Shown: positions 26,332-26,463 of the stretch, one piece after another
Layout: each line of letters starts with the position of its first letter
How positions within the stretch are numbered: the first letter of the stretch is position 1
Assembly: GCA_964352935.1 (NCBI GenBank)
Contig: CAYGTX010000001.1
Span: 1-26,463, forward strand
Reading direction: 5' to 3'
Source of the DNA: an uncultured Rickettsiales bacterium
GTDB taxonomy: Bacteria > Pseudomonadota > Alphaproteobacteria > Rickettsiales > CAYGPX01
Length of the DNA: 26,463 nt
Position numbers and translations under genes: made by a program
The notes under the pieces: generated by a model
The model's input: only the letters and a program-made list of their open reading frames with translations
Told to the model about the DNA's origin: nothing
Database searches by the model: none

Positions 26332-26360
26332 TTGTTCAAATGTAAAAAAAATGCTATAAT
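26332..26360 (+). promoter_or_regulatory. Possible sigma70 promoter pointing out of the window
   Basis: TTGTTC-N17-TATAAT with extended -10 TG. Confidence 0.45.
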
Positions 26361-26463
26361 GGTTCTTTAGTCATTGCTGTGTGGGATTGGTTTTTAGTTT
26401 ATGGGGAGGATTTTTCCTAGATTTGGGTTGGGGTGGTCGGAGTTTGTAAAGGTTGGGGTGTGG

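Overview
A 26.5 kb alphaproteobacterial chromosomal window, AT-rich by eye and probably from a Rickettsiales-related lineage (inferred from a two-piece tmRNA and a virB2 + degenerate virB4 pair). Left: minus-strand run thyX, SSADH, tolB, pal, cpoB, tilS, ftsH (partial). Then a permuted two-piece ssrA whose tag carries a duplicated ANDNF motif, followed by sspB. Centre: a tightly coupled six-gene operon resembling a type IV pilus/T2SS motor and platform (PilB/GspE, PilC/GspF, three unassigned membrane/periplasmic proteins, an ABC ATPase) with no pilin or secretin. Then minus-strand carA, carB, greA and a GNAT gene. Right: an entericidin-like lipoprotein missed by the ORF track, with a duplicated RBS; a cupredoxin + FTR1 iron-uptake pair under a Fur-box promoter; and virB2 plus a catalytically degenerate virB4. 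No CRISPR array, tRNA, rRNA or mobile element was seen. All calls come from motif recognition by eye; no searches were run.
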